From positions 1-40,434 of the IMG/VR virus record IMGVR_UViG_3300020042_010429: a DNA stretch of 40,434 nt; one strand, written 5' to 3'. A program made the position numbers and the translations under genes. Below, piece after piece: positions 18,283 through 29,179 of the stretch. Source of the stretch: a virus (Duplodnaviria > Caudoviricetes). Each line of letters begins with the position of its first letter. The stretch's first letter is position 1. Under the pieces are notes generated by a model that searched no databases, had not been told where the DNA came from, and saw only the letters and a program-made list of their open reading frames with translations.

Positions 18283-21069
18283 ATGGGAAACCTTACAGGT
18301 AATGTTTTTGATACGGACGTTATTAAACAAATCGAAGCTAGACAAACATTTCTAGGATCTAGATATAAATCAGATTCTAATCTTATTTACAGTAATAATA
18401 ATACCTCTTTTTTAAGATTAGCATCCTCCGTTGATGTAGAGGTTCCTCAATTACTAGAAAGATCTCTTAGTGAAAATCTCCAAGGAGATTTGCTTGCAAA
18501 ATCATGTGTTTTATTTGGAGGAGTTATAGGAATTGATGATACATTAAACCCTATACGGAAATTTGGAATTGTAGATAATGGAGGAAATGGAACATTTGAT
18601 TATGTAAGTACAATTGCTGCTTACGGGTGGGGAGGTATAGATAAAGGTTTTGCTCCTATGCCAAATATTGAATCCGCAGATGTAAGTTTTTTTAATAGAG
18701 GAGCACTTCAAAAAGCAAAAGTTAAACTTAAAGTTTTTTCTCTTCAACAACTTCAAATATTTGATTTATTATATTTTAGAATTGGATACACCATGCTTTT
18801 AGAATGGGGTCATAATATTATATTAGATAATAATATAAACCTTGAAACAAATCCAATCCCAATTAGAGTAAGAGATCAGTTTGCTACATCACCTTTTGAA
18901 TCTTTTTTCTCAGAAGCTGGAGTAAGCCAACAAACGATTATACAACAAATTAAAAGTCAAAGATTAAAAGATAATTATAATTATGATGCTATGTTAGGCA
19001 AAGTTACTAACTTTACATGGACATATAATGATGATGGTACTTATGATATTGATTTAAATTTAATTGGTTTAGGAGATATAATTGAATCTTTAAAAATTAA
19101 CACTACCGGGATTGTCTCAGGTAAGGCACCTCCACCAACAAAAACAATTGAGGAAAACATTAGTGACTTAGAAAAGAAAAATGAGAAACGCGCTGAAATA
19201 CCTGTTGTAAATTCTGTAGATAAGGCACAAGCTGCTTTAAGAGCTAAACTAAATACTGCTAACTCAGAAATTAACCGTTTGGTGGGTATTGCAAAATCAA
19301 AAGTAGGGAGTACTATTAGTGGTTGGTATCAAGAAAATGTATGGAGCAAAATTGTATCCCTAACAGATGATGCTACAAATAACAATAAGGTTTATGCTGC
19401 TTTGAGACAAATTAATGATAAGGGTCCCACTTACGAACCAGCTGCAGATCGTTCTAAAGCAAATGCAGAAGCACTTCCAACTTTAACAAAGTTAAGAGGA
19501 TATATTGGATATATAACAACGGCTGATTTAGAATCAGTAGGAAAGGCACAAGCCGCTAGTGAAGCAACAAATTTAAAAAATCAAGCTGATATAAAGAAAA
19601 CTAATGAAGAAATTTTAGCTTATAAAAAAGCTGCTGAAATTCAAAAATTATCTCCAATTACCTCCTTAGAAAATAAAGATAAAACAGCATTTAATAAACA
19701 GTTATATCAATGGAGATCAGAGATTGATAAAAAAGTATCAAGTAAAAATTTATTATCTTTAAAGTTGCAGGCATCCTCGGAAGTGGCACCTAATTCTAAA
19801 TTAGAATTAAAATTTTATTATGTTAGATTAGGATATTTATTAGAATGGATAGAAAAAAATCTTTTATTATATGATACTACTAAAAAACATAATATAACTA
19901 CAAATACCGATAACCAAGAATCTACATACACCTCAGAGATAAAATCTCCTAAGGATGCAAACCCCATTTTTGAAATAGATTATAACCCTGATTCAAATTT
20001 TTGTTTAAGATACCCTGCTCAATTTTCTTCAGATCCTGCAGTTTGTATTATCCCTAGTAAATATAATCAGGATGGAGTTAGATGGGACATCCTTACAACG
20101 GAAATACCAAACTATTTTACTAAAACAACAGTGTATGCCGGAAAAATGATGAATATATTTGTTTGTATAGATAAAATAGCTGGAGTTTTAGATTTAAATA
20201 CAGATGTAAATGGTAAAACTAATCTATTAAAATTCCTTTCAGCGCTATGTAATGAAATAAATGATGCTTTAGGTAATGTAAATAAAATAGAACCTGTTTT
20301 TGATTCTGATTCTAATAAGTTAAAACTTATTGAAGGTAGTACTTTAGATAATGTTGATGATTTATTAAAAGAAGCAGCTGAAAAAGAGGCAAAAGAATAT
20401 CAAATAGCTGAATTTCAAGTATATGGTATTGGAACGGATACATCACCTCAAGGCAGTTTTATAACTAATGTAGATTTTCAAGTTCAATTACCCCCAAATA
20501 TGGCCGCAATGGCTACAATTTCCGCTCAAGCTGGAGGTAATATTGTAGGAGAAAACGCTACTGGCTTATCGGCACTAAATAAAGGATTAACAGACAGATT
20601 AATCTCAGTTAAATTAGATAAAGATAGTATTGAAGGAGCATCAGCAACCGGAGAATTAGACCCTAAAGTTATTTTTAAAAAAAATATCGATGTCGTAAGT
20701 GCCTTTGTTACTGAATTGTATGGTAAGAGCATCTATAACGTAGAAACAGTTCAAAATACTCGTTCATCAAATAGAGATGTTGCTTTATATTTAACAGGTA
20801 ATGATGCTATAGAAGGACTAATGCCTGCTCCCTTTTTTATCCCCTTTAATCTTTCTTTAAATATGAAAGGACTTGCAGGGATGAGAAATTATGAACGATT
20901 CTCTATTACCGAAAAAGTATTACCTTATAGTTATAGAACAGGGAATCAAGGGGGAGTTATTGACTTTTTAATTAAAGGTATATCCCACATCATTAAAGAC
21001 AATAAATGGGAAACTAAAATTGAAAGTCTAACAGTGAGTTCAAATAGAAAATATAAAGGAAAAAAATAA
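18283..21069 (+). CDS. Baseplate hub-like protein with a coiled-coil insertion
   Basis: 'PMP.I', 'YFRIGYTMLLEWG', 'GKVTNF.W....DG.YD' and C-terminal 'I.H.I....WET'; synteny. Confidence 0.55.
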   Translation: MGNLTGNVFDTDVIKQIEARQTFLGSRYKSDSNLIYSNNNTSFLRLASSVDVEVPQLLERSLSENLQGDLLAKSCVLFGGVIGIDDTLNPIRKFGIVDNGGNGTFDYVSTIAAYGWGGIDKGFAPMPNIESADVSFFNRGALQKAKVKLKVFSLQQLQIFDLLYFRIGYTMLLEWGHNIILDNNINLETNPIPIRVRDQFATSPFESFFSEAGVSQQTIIQQIKSQRLKDNYNYDAMLGKVTNFTWTYNDDGTYDIDLNLIGLGDIIESLKINTTGIVSGKAPPPTKTIEENISDLEKKNEKRAEIPVVNSVDKAQAALRAKLNTANSEINRLVGIAKSKVGSTISGWYQENVWSKIVSLTDDATNNNKVYAALRQINDKGPTYEPAADRSKANAEALPTLTKLRGYIGYITTADLESVGKAQAASEATNLKNQADIKKTNEEILAYKKAAEIQKLSPITSLENKDKTAFNKQLYQWRSEIDKKVSSKNLLSLKLQASSEVAPNSKLELKFYYVRLGYLLEWIEKNLLLYDTTKKHNITTNTDNQESTYTSEIKSPKDANPIFEIDYNPDSNFCLRYPAQFSSDPAVCIIPSKYNQDGVRWDILTTEIPNYFTKTTVYAGKMMNIFVCIDKIAGVLDLNTDVNGKTNLLKFLSALCNEINDALGNVNKIEPVFDSDSNKLKLIEGSTLDNVDDLLKEAAEKEAKEYQIAEFQVYGIGTDTSPQGSFITNVDFQVQLPPNMAAMATISAQAGGNIVGENATGLSALNKGLTDRLISVKLDKDSIEGASATGELDPKVIFKKNIDVVSAFVTELYGKSIYNVETVQNTRSSNRDVALYLTGNDAIEGLMPAPFFIPFNLSLNMKGLAGMRNYERFSITEKVLPYSYRTGNQGGVIDFLIKGISHIIKDNKWETKIESLTVSSNRKYKGKK

Positions 21070-21082
21070 ATAAATAGCAATA

Positions 21083-21964
21083 ATGCCGTATTATCCAAAA
21101 TCTAAAATACAAACCAATTTATTTTCTAATGGAGAATTTATTAGATCCTCGAATGGTTCTACATATATTGGTCCTTATTACAAATTATCGGATGGTACAA
21201 AATATGTAGGGATAAATCCCCAATCTCTTAGATATCCCGATGAATTACTAGATCTTACCTTAACTCCTGATTCTACTATAACCTCTGAGATTTTTACTCA
21301 ATTACAACCCTCAACCCTTGAAACCCCATTTTTAGACACATATTCACTAATCATAAAAACTACCCCAACACCACAAAAAATCCCTACCCCTTTTTATCCA
21401 CAACCTACAAATCAAGATTATACAACAGGGTATTTTGATAGATATTTTGCAAAACAAATTAATGCCTCTATTTTTATTGAAATTAATCAATCAACCTTCC
21501 AAAATCTATCAGAAAATAACAGTGAATATTTATGGCAATTATATAATGTAACCTCTATTCCTTGGCAAATCTCAGGCAATATAGAAAACATATATAAAAC
21601 AAATCAAAATTTAGTTAAACTAGCTGAAAAAAATGGTTTTCAAGGTTTAGAATTTTATTTAAAAAATAATTATACTAAATTCTATATCCCCTCAGAAACC
21701 TCAAATTTATACACAGAGGGTAATGAATTTACAACTAAAAACGGACAAAACTATATAGGATTTTACCACATTCATAGGGGTACAATACCTATGGTTGGTA
21801 AAGTTCATACTAAAGAAGCTCATGAAATTTTAATTCCAACAAATAAACCAATACTTCCAAAAATTAAATCTCAAACATCTAGCTCAGTTTCTGGGAGTGA
21901 TATATATCTAACTCAGACCCCTAGTTTTGGGGGAGGTAGTGGTGGTGGAGGAGGAGGATATTAA
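21083..21964 (+). CDS. Hypothetical (baseplate-associated) protein with a Gly-rich tail
   Basis: Repeated 'NL...G.EF....G..YIG.Y' module at both ends; ends SFGGGSGGGGGGY. Confidence 0.55.
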   Translation: MPYYPKSKIQTNLFSNGEFIRSSNGSTYIGPYYKLSDGTKYVGINPQSLRYPDELLDLTLTPDSTITSEIFTQLQPSTLETPFLDTYSLIIKTTPTPQKIPTPFYPQPTNQDYTTGYFDRYFAKQINASIFIEINQSTFQNLSENNSEYLWQLYNVTSIPWQISGNIENIYKTNQNLVKLAEKNGFQGLEFYLKNNYTKFYIPSETSNLYTEGNEFTTKNGQNYIGFYHIHRGTIPMVGKVHTKEAHEILIPTNKPILPKIKSQTSSSVSGSDIYLTQTPSFGGGSGGGGGGY

Positions 21965-21966
21965 AC

Positions 21967-21995
21967 TTGGTAGTTTAAATTCTAATTTGTATATT
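21967..21995 (+). promoter_or_regulatory. Bipartite promoter TTGG-N19-TATATT before polA
   Basis: TTGG at 21967, TATATT at 21990; the same spacing recurs at four other sites. Confidence 0.65.
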
Positions 21996-22014
21996 ATCAA
22001 AATAAATTAAGGTT

Positions 22015-23295
22015 ATGTTTTGGTTAATAGAGACACAAGAACAAATAAATTATCTTCAACAAAGCAACTTTAAAGAAGCTTTTATAGAGATAATCCCCCA
22101 CCACGATAAAGTACACCCTGCTTTAAATAATATTTCTTTAGTATATTTTAGACCAGTTACCGCCTCTAAAGGATTTATGATATGTCTTGATCATAGTGAA
22201 ACCTTAAGCATCAACAATTCAATAGTAAATGAATTATTAGCGTCAGTTGAGTGTCTATGGGTGCGAGATAAGAAAAATGCATTATACTACTTTCAAATTA
22301 AGAGCTTGCGCGATATAAACATACTCACTCCTCCGTATATACAAGAACAAACCCAAGCACACACATATTTTTATAGCAAGTATCCGGAAAATCTAAAAAT
22401 AAATAAAATTATTCCGGTAGTTAAACACTATGAGTATTGTGAAAATATTTATAATAAAACAAAACAACATTTTACACAAGATGTACCTCAACATTTTGAC
22501 TTTTATAACAATAAATCAACGATTGCATTTTTTGGAATCGAAAAAAACGGAATAAACATAAATGAAACAGTTTTTAACCAACATTTTCCCCAAATTAACC
22601 CTTTGTACTCCATTAGGGATAACAAAATATATACCAACTATAACTTATTTACAACTACACGTAGACCAAGTAACACTTTTAATGGTCTTAATTTTGCGGC
22701 ATTAAATAAAGAAAGTGGAGCTAGAAAAAGTTTTATACCAACCGGTAAATTTATTGAGTACGATATTAGTGCTTATCATCCTAACCTTGCTGCTCGTTTA
22801 GTTTCTTTTGATTTTGAGGGACAAGACGTTCATCAAATATTTGCGGATATGTATGGTACAAGTTATAAAGAAGCTAAAGAACTTACATTCAAACAACTAT
22901 ATGGAGGCGTATTTAAAGAATATAAACACCTAGAATTTTTCCAAAAAATAAAGAAATTTATTGATAACAACTGGAATGAATTTAATAATATAGGAGAAAT
23001 TATAGTACCAATTTCAGGCTATGGCTTTAAAAAAAGCGAGTTAGAAAACATGAATCCACAAAAGTTGTTTAATTATATATTACAAAATTTGGAAACATCA
23101 ATGAATGTTTGTATATTAACGGCGTTAAATAAATTACTAAAAGGGAAAAACACTAAATTAGTATTATATACTTATGACAGTTTTTTACTAGATTATGACG
23201 AAAGTGAAAATTTATTAAAGGACATAGAAGATATTTTTAAAAGTAAAAAATTACAAATAAAGATTAAACATGGAACAAGCTACGATTTTGAATAA
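22015..23295 (+). CDS. polA: Compact family-A DNA polymerase
   Basis: 'TTRRPSN', motif A 'EYDISAYHP', motif B 'AKELTFKQLYGG', 'NY.LQ', motif C 'YTYDSF'. Confidence 0.8.
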   Translation: MFWLIETQEQINYLQQSNFKEAFIEIIPHHDKVHPALNNISLVYFRPVTASKGFMICLDHSETLSINNSIVNELLASVECLWVRDKKNALYYFQIKSLRDINILTPPYIQEQTQAHTYFYSKYPENLKINKIIPVVKHYEYCENIYNKTKQHFTQDVPQHFDFYNNKSTIAFFGIEKNGININETVFNQHFPQINPLYSIRDNKIYTNYNLFTTTRRPSNTFNGLNFAALNKESGARKSFIPTGKFIEYDISAYHPNLAARLVSFDFEGQDVHQIFADMYGTSYKEAKELTFKQLYGGVFKEYKHLEFFQKIKKFIDNNWNEFNNIGEIIVPISGYGFKKSELENMNPQKLFNYILQNLETSMNVCILTALNKLLKGKNTKLVLYTYDSFLLDYDESENLLKDIEDIFKSKKLQIKIKHGTSYDFE

Positions 23296-23728
23296 TCATC
23301 ATAATATTTATTGGGAGGAAACCCAATTAAATAACACAGATTTGAACAACAAGTTATTTTGTACGTTCGTTACAGAAGATATACTAGAAGAAATGGTTTC
23401 TAGCATATCAAACACATACACGATAATGTATAATAAAATGTTTGTTCTTTTTGTTAAAAGTACAAATGAATATGTTATTACATATAATGTAGATCAAGGA
23501 AATGTTAGCAACATTCCTATGAACACTATTTTAGTGCATAGAAAAAAAGAAACCAATACTTTATATACAATCAATGCTTTAAACGATTTAATTAAAAAAT
23601 TAAATGATGGAGTAGTTGATACTAACTTTAGAGTAGATTGGAAACATTATCAAAATTGTATTTTACTTACTCAAGATGGGTCTTTTAAACAATTAAATAC
23701 AAAAGTTCATAAAATTATTGAACTATAA
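23270..23728 (+). CDS. Hypothetical protein (alternative start TTG 23342)
   Basis: Open frame between polA and ssb. An ATATTTATT motif at 23304-23312 favours the internal TTG start. Confidence 0.7.
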   Translation: MEQATILNNHHNIYWEETQLNNTDLNNKLFCTFVTEDILEEMVSSISNTYTIMYNKMFVLFVKSTNEYVITYNVDQGNVSNIPMNTILVHRKKETNTLYTINALNDLIKKLNDGVVDTNFRVDWKHYQNCILLTQDGSFKQLNTKVHKIIEL

Positions 23729-23729
23729 T

Positions 23730-23758
23730 TTGGCATCTCGTTAAATTGTTAGTATATT
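23730..23758 (+). promoter_or_regulatory. Bipartite promoter TTGG-N19-TATATT before ssb
   Basis: TTGG at 23730, TATATT at 23753. Confidence 0.65.
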
Positions 23759-23787
23759 CACGTTATAAATAATAAATTAATTAAGTT

Positions 23788-24621
23788 ATGGATTTAAATG
23801 AAATGAAAAACAGACTGTCTGCAATGCAGTCAAAACAATCCGGAAAAGGTGGCGGAGAAAAAAAATCTATCTTTTGGAAACCCTCAGTAGGTAAACAAGT
23901 TATTCGTGTTGTACCTTCTAAATACAACAAAACTATCCCATTTACAGAAATGTATTTCCATTATGGTATTGGAAAAAATACTATGGTATCTCCTATTAAT
24001 TGGGGTGAAAAAGATCCTATTGTAGAATTTTCTAAACAATTACGTACAACTAGTGATAAGGAAAATTGGCGTTTGGCTAAGAAATTAGATCCAAAAATGC
24101 GTATTTTTGCTCCTGTTATTGTTCGTGGTGAAGAAACAGAGGGAATTAAGTTATGGCAATTTGGTAAGGAATTATACATGGATTTCTTAAATCTTGCGGA
24201 TAATGAAGATGTTGGTGATTTTACGGATGTAATGATTGGTCGTGATATTACATTAACTACTGTAGGTCCTGAAGTAACAGGTACAAGTTATAATAAAACA
24301 ACTATCATGCCTAAAGTTAAAGAAACTCCATTAGCAGGTGATAAAACAACAATTGAATCATTGTTAGAAAATCAACCTAATCCTATGGATGTATTTAAAA
24401 AATATTCATATGATGAAATGAAATTAGCACTTCAAGAATGGTTAACTCCGGAAGATGAATATGAAGAAGGTGCTATTATTGATGATGAAAAGGAAGAAAA
24501 AGCTCCTTTAATATCTCCTGAAAAAGCATACTCAATTAAAACACCATCTGCTGTTAAGGTAAGCAAAGCAGATAAATTCGATTCATTATTTGAAGAAGAA
24601 TCAGACGATTTACCATTTTAA
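23788..24621 (+). CDS. ssb: Single-stranded DNA-binding protein (T4 gp32-like)
   Basis: 'FWKP..G...IRVVP', 'LWQFGK', 'D.TD...GRDI' and acidic tail ending EEESDDLPF. Confidence 0.8.
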   Translation: MDLNEMKNRLSAMQSKQSGKGGGEKKSIFWKPSVGKQVIRVVPSKYNKTIPFTEMYFHYGIGKNTMVSPINWGEKDPIVEFSKQLRTTSDKENWRLAKKLDPKMRIFAPVIVRGEETEGIKLWQFGKELYMDFLNLADNEDVGDFTDVMIGRDITLTTVGPEVTGTSYNKTTIMPKVKETPLAGDKTTIESLLENQPNPMDVFKKYSYDEMKLALQEWLTPEDEYEEGAIIDDEKEEKAPLISPEKAYSIKTPSAVKVSKADKFDSLFEEESDDLPF

Positions 24622-24635
24622 TATAAAAAACAAAC

Positions 24636-25718
24636 ATGGCAAAAAGTAAAAAAAGCGAATCGCTAACGGCTGCTCTCTCCTCAGAACTTAGATCTAAATT
24701 TGATTTAACTAAGTTCAAAGAAAAGAAAATGCTCAATTCAAATGTAAAATTTAAAGATCAAAAGTGGATTCCTTTAAGCCCGGCATTCCAGGATGTAACT
24801 TCATTACCTGGAATTCCAATGGGTCATATTGTACTTCTTCGGGGACATAGTGATACTGGAAAAACAACAGCAATGATTGAAGCCGCAGTTTCTGCTCAAA
24901 AAATAGGTGTTTTACCTGTATTTATTATAACTGAAATGAAATGGAACTGGGAACATGCTAGACAAATGGGCCTTCAGGTTAATGAAATTGTAGATGAATC
25001 AACAGGTGAAATTTTAAATTATGAAGGTAATTTTATATATGTTGATCGTGAAGTATTACACACTATAGAAGATGTAGCTGCATTTGTTTTAGATTTATTA
25101 GATGAACAGAAAAAAGGTAATTTACCTTATGATTTATTATTCTTGTGGGATTCTATTGGATCAATTCCTTGTGATCTCTCAGTTCGTTCAAATAAAAATA
25201 ATAATGAATGGAATGCAGGAGCAATGTCAACACAATTTGGAAATAGTGTAAATCAAAGAATTACATTATCTCGTAAAGAATCATCTCCTTATACTAATAC
25301 CTTAGTATGTGTTAATAAAGTATGGACGGCAAAAGCAGAAGTTCCAATGGGTCAACCAAAATTAATGAACAAAGGAGGATTTGCAATGTGGTTTGATGCT
25401 ACTTTTGTGGTAACATTTGGTAATATCTCAAATGCAGGTACCTCTAAAATTAAAGCAATTAAAGATGGTAAACAAGTTGAATTTGCTAAACGTACAAATA
25501 TTCAAATTGATAAAAATCACATCAATGGTATCCAGTCAAGAGGAAAAATCATTATGACACCCCATGGATTTATTAATGATACAGACAAAGAACTTAAATC
25601 CTATAAAGACGCACACACAGCAGAATGGGTAAGTATACTTGGGGGTACAGATTTTGATATTTTTGAAGAACAAGATCAATATGAACCCGTAAACATCTTT
25701 GCCCAAGAACCAGATTAA
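24636..25718 (+). CDS. recA: RecA/UvsX-like recombinase
   Basis: Walker A GHSDTGKTT, 'FIITE', Walker B 'FLWDSIGS', 'GG', 'KNH'. Confidence 0.85.
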   Translation: MAKSKKSESLTAALSSELRSKFDLTKFKEKKMLNSNVKFKDQKWIPLSPAFQDVTSLPGIPMGHIVLLRGHSDTGKTTAMIEAAVSAQKIGVLPVFIITEMKWNWEHARQMGLQVNEIVDESTGEILNYEGNFIYVDREVLHTIEDVAAFVLDLLDEQKKGNLPYDLLFLWDSIGSIPCDLSVRSNKNNNEWNAGAMSTQFGNSVNQRITLSRKESSPYTNTLVCVNKVWTAKAEVPMGQPKLMNKGGFAMWFDATFVVTFGNISNAGTSKIKAIKDGKQVEFAKRTNIQIDKNHINGIQSRGKIIMTPHGFINDTDKELKSYKDAHTAEWVSILGGTDFDIFEEQDQYEPVNIFAQEPD

Positions 25719-25719
25719 T

Positions 25720-26760
25720 ATGGAAAAAAAAGAATTACTTAAACTCCTGAACAATTTAGTTGAGGAGCAGGAAACAGTCTCCTCAAATAGATACGATAGA
25801 GTACTTTTGATTGATGGTTTAAATTTATTTTTTAGAAATTTTGCTATGATGAATATCATCAATTCTCAAGGAACACACGTAGGGGGTTTAGGTGGTTTTC
25901 TTCGTTCCTTAGGATCTTTAATTAAACAAATTCAACCTACTGCTGTATTTGTAGTATTTGATGGAATAGGTTCCTCTACAAATAGGAAAAACCTACTCCC
26001 TGAATATAAATCAGGACGTAATTTAACTCGAATCACAAATTGGGAAGTATTTGAAAATTTAGAAGATGAAGATGATGCTAAAATTAATCAAATTGTACGA
26101 ATTGCTCATTATTTAAAATGTTTACCTGTTAAAACAGTAGCAATTGATAAAGCTGAAGCAGATGATATTATTGCATATTACAGTGATATTCTCCCAAAAA
26201 CATATAATTCAAAATGTTTTATAGTTTCCTCAGATAAAGACTTTATACAATTAGTTAACGATAATGTTATAGTATATAGACCAATAGAAAAAGAATATTA
26301 TACTAAAGATACAGTTAAAGAAAAATTTGGAGTGTTATCTGATAATTTTATTTTATATAAAATGTTACTTGGAGATAATTCCGATAAAATCCCCGGAATA
26401 AAAGGATTAGGAGATAAAGGATTACTTAAAAAATTTCCAGAACTAGCTGAAAGGGTATTAACATTAGATGAGATCTTTGAAATTGCGGGACAAAAACATA
26501 AAGAGCATGTAATATATGCTCGTATTGCTTTTGAACGTGACAGACTAGAACAAAATTACAAAATTATGAATTTAAAAAAACCTTTATTAGATAACAATGA
26601 TAAAGAATTTTTAGAAGCATTTGCAGAAGAAGATAATTTAGCTTTGAATACTGGAGCTTTTTTACGATTTTACCAAGATGATGGTTTAGGTCATTTAATC
26701 AAAAATGTGGATTTTTGGATCAATGATACATTTAAAGTACTAAATAGTTTTAATAAATAA
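25720..26760 (+). CDS. 5'-3' exonuclease / flap endonuclease (PolI N-terminal or T4 RNase H-like)
   Basis: 'LLIDGLN', 'VFDG', 'YKSGR', 'EADDII', 'SSDKDF.QL', 'GDNSDKIPGIKGLG'. Confidence 0.92.
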   Translation: MEKKELLKLLNNLVEEQETVSSNRYDRVLLIDGLNLFFRNFAMMNIINSQGTHVGGLGGFLRSLGSLIKQIQPTAVFVVFDGIGSSTNRKNLLPEYKSGRNLTRITNWEVFENLEDEDDAKINQIVRIAHYLKCLPVKTVAIDKAEADDIIAYYSDILPKTYNSKCFIVSSDKDFIQLVNDNVIVYRPIEKEYYTKDTVKEKFGVLSDNFILYKMLLGDNSDKIPGIKGLGDKGLLKKFPELAERVLTLDEIFEIAGQKHKEHVIYARIAFERDRLEQNYKIMNLKKPLLDNNDKEFLEAFAEEDNLALNTGAFLRFYQDDGLGHLIKNVDFWINDTFKVLNSFNK

Positions 26761-26795
26761 GTTATATTACATTCACAATTTAAAAAATAAAAGTT

Positions 26796-28166
26796 TTGAC
26801 ACTATCGAATCTTTCCCAATACGGAATTAATTTTCAAATTAAAGTATTATCTTCATTACTAACTCATAAGGAATTTTTATTAAATATCCATGATGTTATT
26901 AGTGAAGATTATTTTGATAATCAAGCACACCAATGGATTATTAAAGAAATTTTAAAATATTATCAAAAATACCATACTACTCCTTCAATGGATGTGTTAA
27001 AAGTAGAGTTGAAAAAAATTGATAATGAAATACTTCAAGTATCAATAAAAGAACAACTCCGTGAAGCTTATAAAGCATCAGATGAAGATCTTAAATATGT
27101 TGAAGAAGAATTTTCAAATTTTTGTAAAAACCAACAACTTAAAAGAGCGTTATTAAACAGCGTTAATTTTCTTAACGTGGGGGATTATGATACAATCCGT
27201 TCATTAATTGATAACGCATTAAAATCGGGACAAGACAAAAATGTAGGGCACGAATATAACAAAGAAATTGAATCTCGTTATAGAGAAGACCATAGAGTTG
27301 TAGTACCTTGTCCTTGGGAGCCTTTTAATACCTTATTACAAGGAGGATTAGGTAATGGTGACTTTGGATTAATTTTTGGTAATCCTGGAGGTGGTAAATC
27401 TTGGACCCTAATTGCTCTAGGTGGATATGCTGTTAAAATGGGATACAATGTTTTACATTATACTCTTGAATTAGGGGAAGATTATGTAGGACGTCGTTAT
27501 GACTCCTTCTTTACAAACATCCCAGTAAATAAAATTACTGAAAAAAAACATAGACCAAAAGTTGAAGAGATTATTGCAGAATTACAAGGCCAGTTAATTA
27601 TTAAAGAATATTCGCCAGGTAAGGCATCAATGTCTACAGTTGAATCACATATTAAAAAATGTATTGATCAAGATTTTAAACCCGATTTAGTCATTATTGA
27701 CTATGTAGATCTTCTTCGTTCAAGAAAAACAAATCGTGAACGAAAAGATGAAATAGATGATATTTATATTAGCACAAAAGCCCTTGCACGAGACCTAAAT
27801 ATACCCGTATGGTCTGTTTCTCAAGTAAATAGAGCAGGTGCAAAAGATGATATTATTGAAGGTGATAAAGCCGCAGGATCATATGATAAAATGATGGTCA
27901 CTGATGTTGCAATATCTTTATCAAGAAAACGTCAAGATAAAGTTAATGGAACCGGAAGATTCCATATTATGAAAAATAGATATGGAATGGACGGAATGAG
28001 TTTTAATGTTAAAGCAGATACATCAACAGGCCATTTTGAAGTTTCAGAAAGAGCAGAAGATGATGATGAAGCTACTTCTCCACAAACTGCACTACCTGTT
28101 TTCAATACTATTGATTATATGGATAAACAAGAGTTACGTAATAAGTTTTTCGAATTAAACACCTAA
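26796..28166 (+). CDS. dnaB: Replicative DnaB-like helicase (TTG start)
   Basis: GNPGGGKS, 'YTLEL', 'IIDYVDLL', 'SQVNR', 'KNRYG'. The TTG is preceded by AAAAATAAAAGTT, like ATG starts at 22015, 32245 and 34833. Confidence 0.9.
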   Translation: MTLSNLSQYGINFQIKVLSSLLTHKEFLLNIHDVISEDYFDNQAHQWIIKEILKYYQKYHTTPSMDVLKVELKKIDNEILQVSIKEQLREAYKASDEDLKYVEEEFSNFCKNQQLKRALLNSVNFLNVGDYDTIRSLIDNALKSGQDKNVGHEYNKEIESRYREDHRVVVPCPWEPFNTLLQGGLGNGDFGLIFGNPGGGKSWTLIALGGYAVKMGYNVLHYTLELGEDYVGRRYDSFFTNIPVNKITEKKHRPKVEEIIAELQGQLIIKEYSPGKASMSTVESHIKKCIDQDFKPDLVIIDYVDLLRSRKTNRERKDEIDDIYISTKALARDLNIPVWSVSQVNRAGAKDDIIEGDKAAGSYDKMMVTDVAISLSRKRQDKVNGTGRFHIMKNRYGMDGMSFNVKADTSTGHFEVSERAEDDDEATSPQTALPVFNTIDYMDKQELRNKFFELNT

Positions 28167-28174
28167 TTAAAAAT

Positions 28175-29155
28175 ATGAAAAATATAACAAAACCACGATT
28201 GGTATATAAACCTTTTGAATATCAAGAAGCTGCAGATTATTGGCTTAAACAACAACAAGCTCATTGGTTACACACAGAAGTACCAATGATGTCGGATTTA
28301 ACAGATTGGAATTTTAATTTAAATAAAACTGAAAAAAATATTATTGGTTCTATTTTAAAGGGATTTGCTCAAACTGAAACTGTTGTAAATGATTATTGGT
28401 CAGGTCTAGTAACAAAATGGTTTCGTAAACCTGAAATTATTATGATGGCTACTACTTTTGGTGCCTTTGAAACAATTCATGCTGAAGCTTATTCTTTATT
28501 AAACGAAACTTTAGGTCTTGAAAATTTTGATGAATTTTTAGAAGATGAAGCTACAATGGCTAAAATTCAAAATTTAATGAATATAAGAGATAGTTTTCAA
28601 GGAGAAATAGATTGGCACGAAGTAGCAAAATCACTAGCTATATTCTCAGCATTTACAGAAGGTGTTAATTTATTTTCTTCTTTTGCAATTTTATTAAGTT
28701 TTAAAATGCGTAATAAACTTAAAGGGGTAGGACAAATAGTAGAATGGTCTATTCGAGATGAATCTCTTCATTCTGAAGCTGGATGTTGGTTATTTAGAAC
28801 TTTAATTCAAGAAAATCCAAAACTCAAAACTAAAGAATTAGAAGCAGCAATTAATGAAGCCGCTTTACTTTCCCTTAAACTAGAAATTGATTTTATTAAT
28901 AAAGTTTATGAGCTTGGAGATTTAGAAGGTTGTTCAAAATATGATCTAGAACATTTTATTAAAAATAGAGTAAATACTAAATTAGGTGATTTAGGATATA
29001 AACCAATCATATCAAATATAGATGTAACTGCGGTTGAAAGAATGAAATGGTTTGATCACCTCTCAGCAGGAAAACAACATTCTGATTTCTTTTCTACAAG
29101 AGTAACTAATTATAGTAAAGGTCATATAATGTTTGATGAAAGTATTTTCGATTAA
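28175..29155 (+). CDS. nrdB: Class I ribonucleotide reductase beta subunit
   Basis: 'ETIHAEAY' with radical Tyr, 'EGVNLFSSF', 'RDESLH', 'DFF..RVT.Y'. Confidence 0.95.
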   Translation: MKNITKPRLVYKPFEYQEAADYWLKQQQAHWLHTEVPMMSDLTDWNFNLNKTEKNIIGSILKGFAQTETVVNDYWSGLVTKWFRKPEIIMMATTFGAFETIHAEAYSLLNETLGLENFDEFLEDEATMAKIQNLMNIRDSFQGEIDWHEVAKSLAIFSAFTEGVNLFSSFAILLSFKMRNKLKGVGQIVEWSIRDESLHSEAGCWLFRTLIQENPKLKTKELEAAINEAALLSLKLEIDFINKVYELGDLEGCSKYDLEHFIKNRVNTKLGDLGYKPIISNIDVTAVERMKWFDHLSAGKQHSDFFSTRVTNYSKGHIMFDESIFD

Positions 29156-29179
29156 AAAATAAAATTATAAAATTAAATT

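Noticed and set aside
21923-21964. G-rich tract as a G-quadruplex or regulatory element
   Set aside because: It is explained by Gly codons of the C-terminal GGGSGGGGGGY tail and consists mostly of GG doublets.
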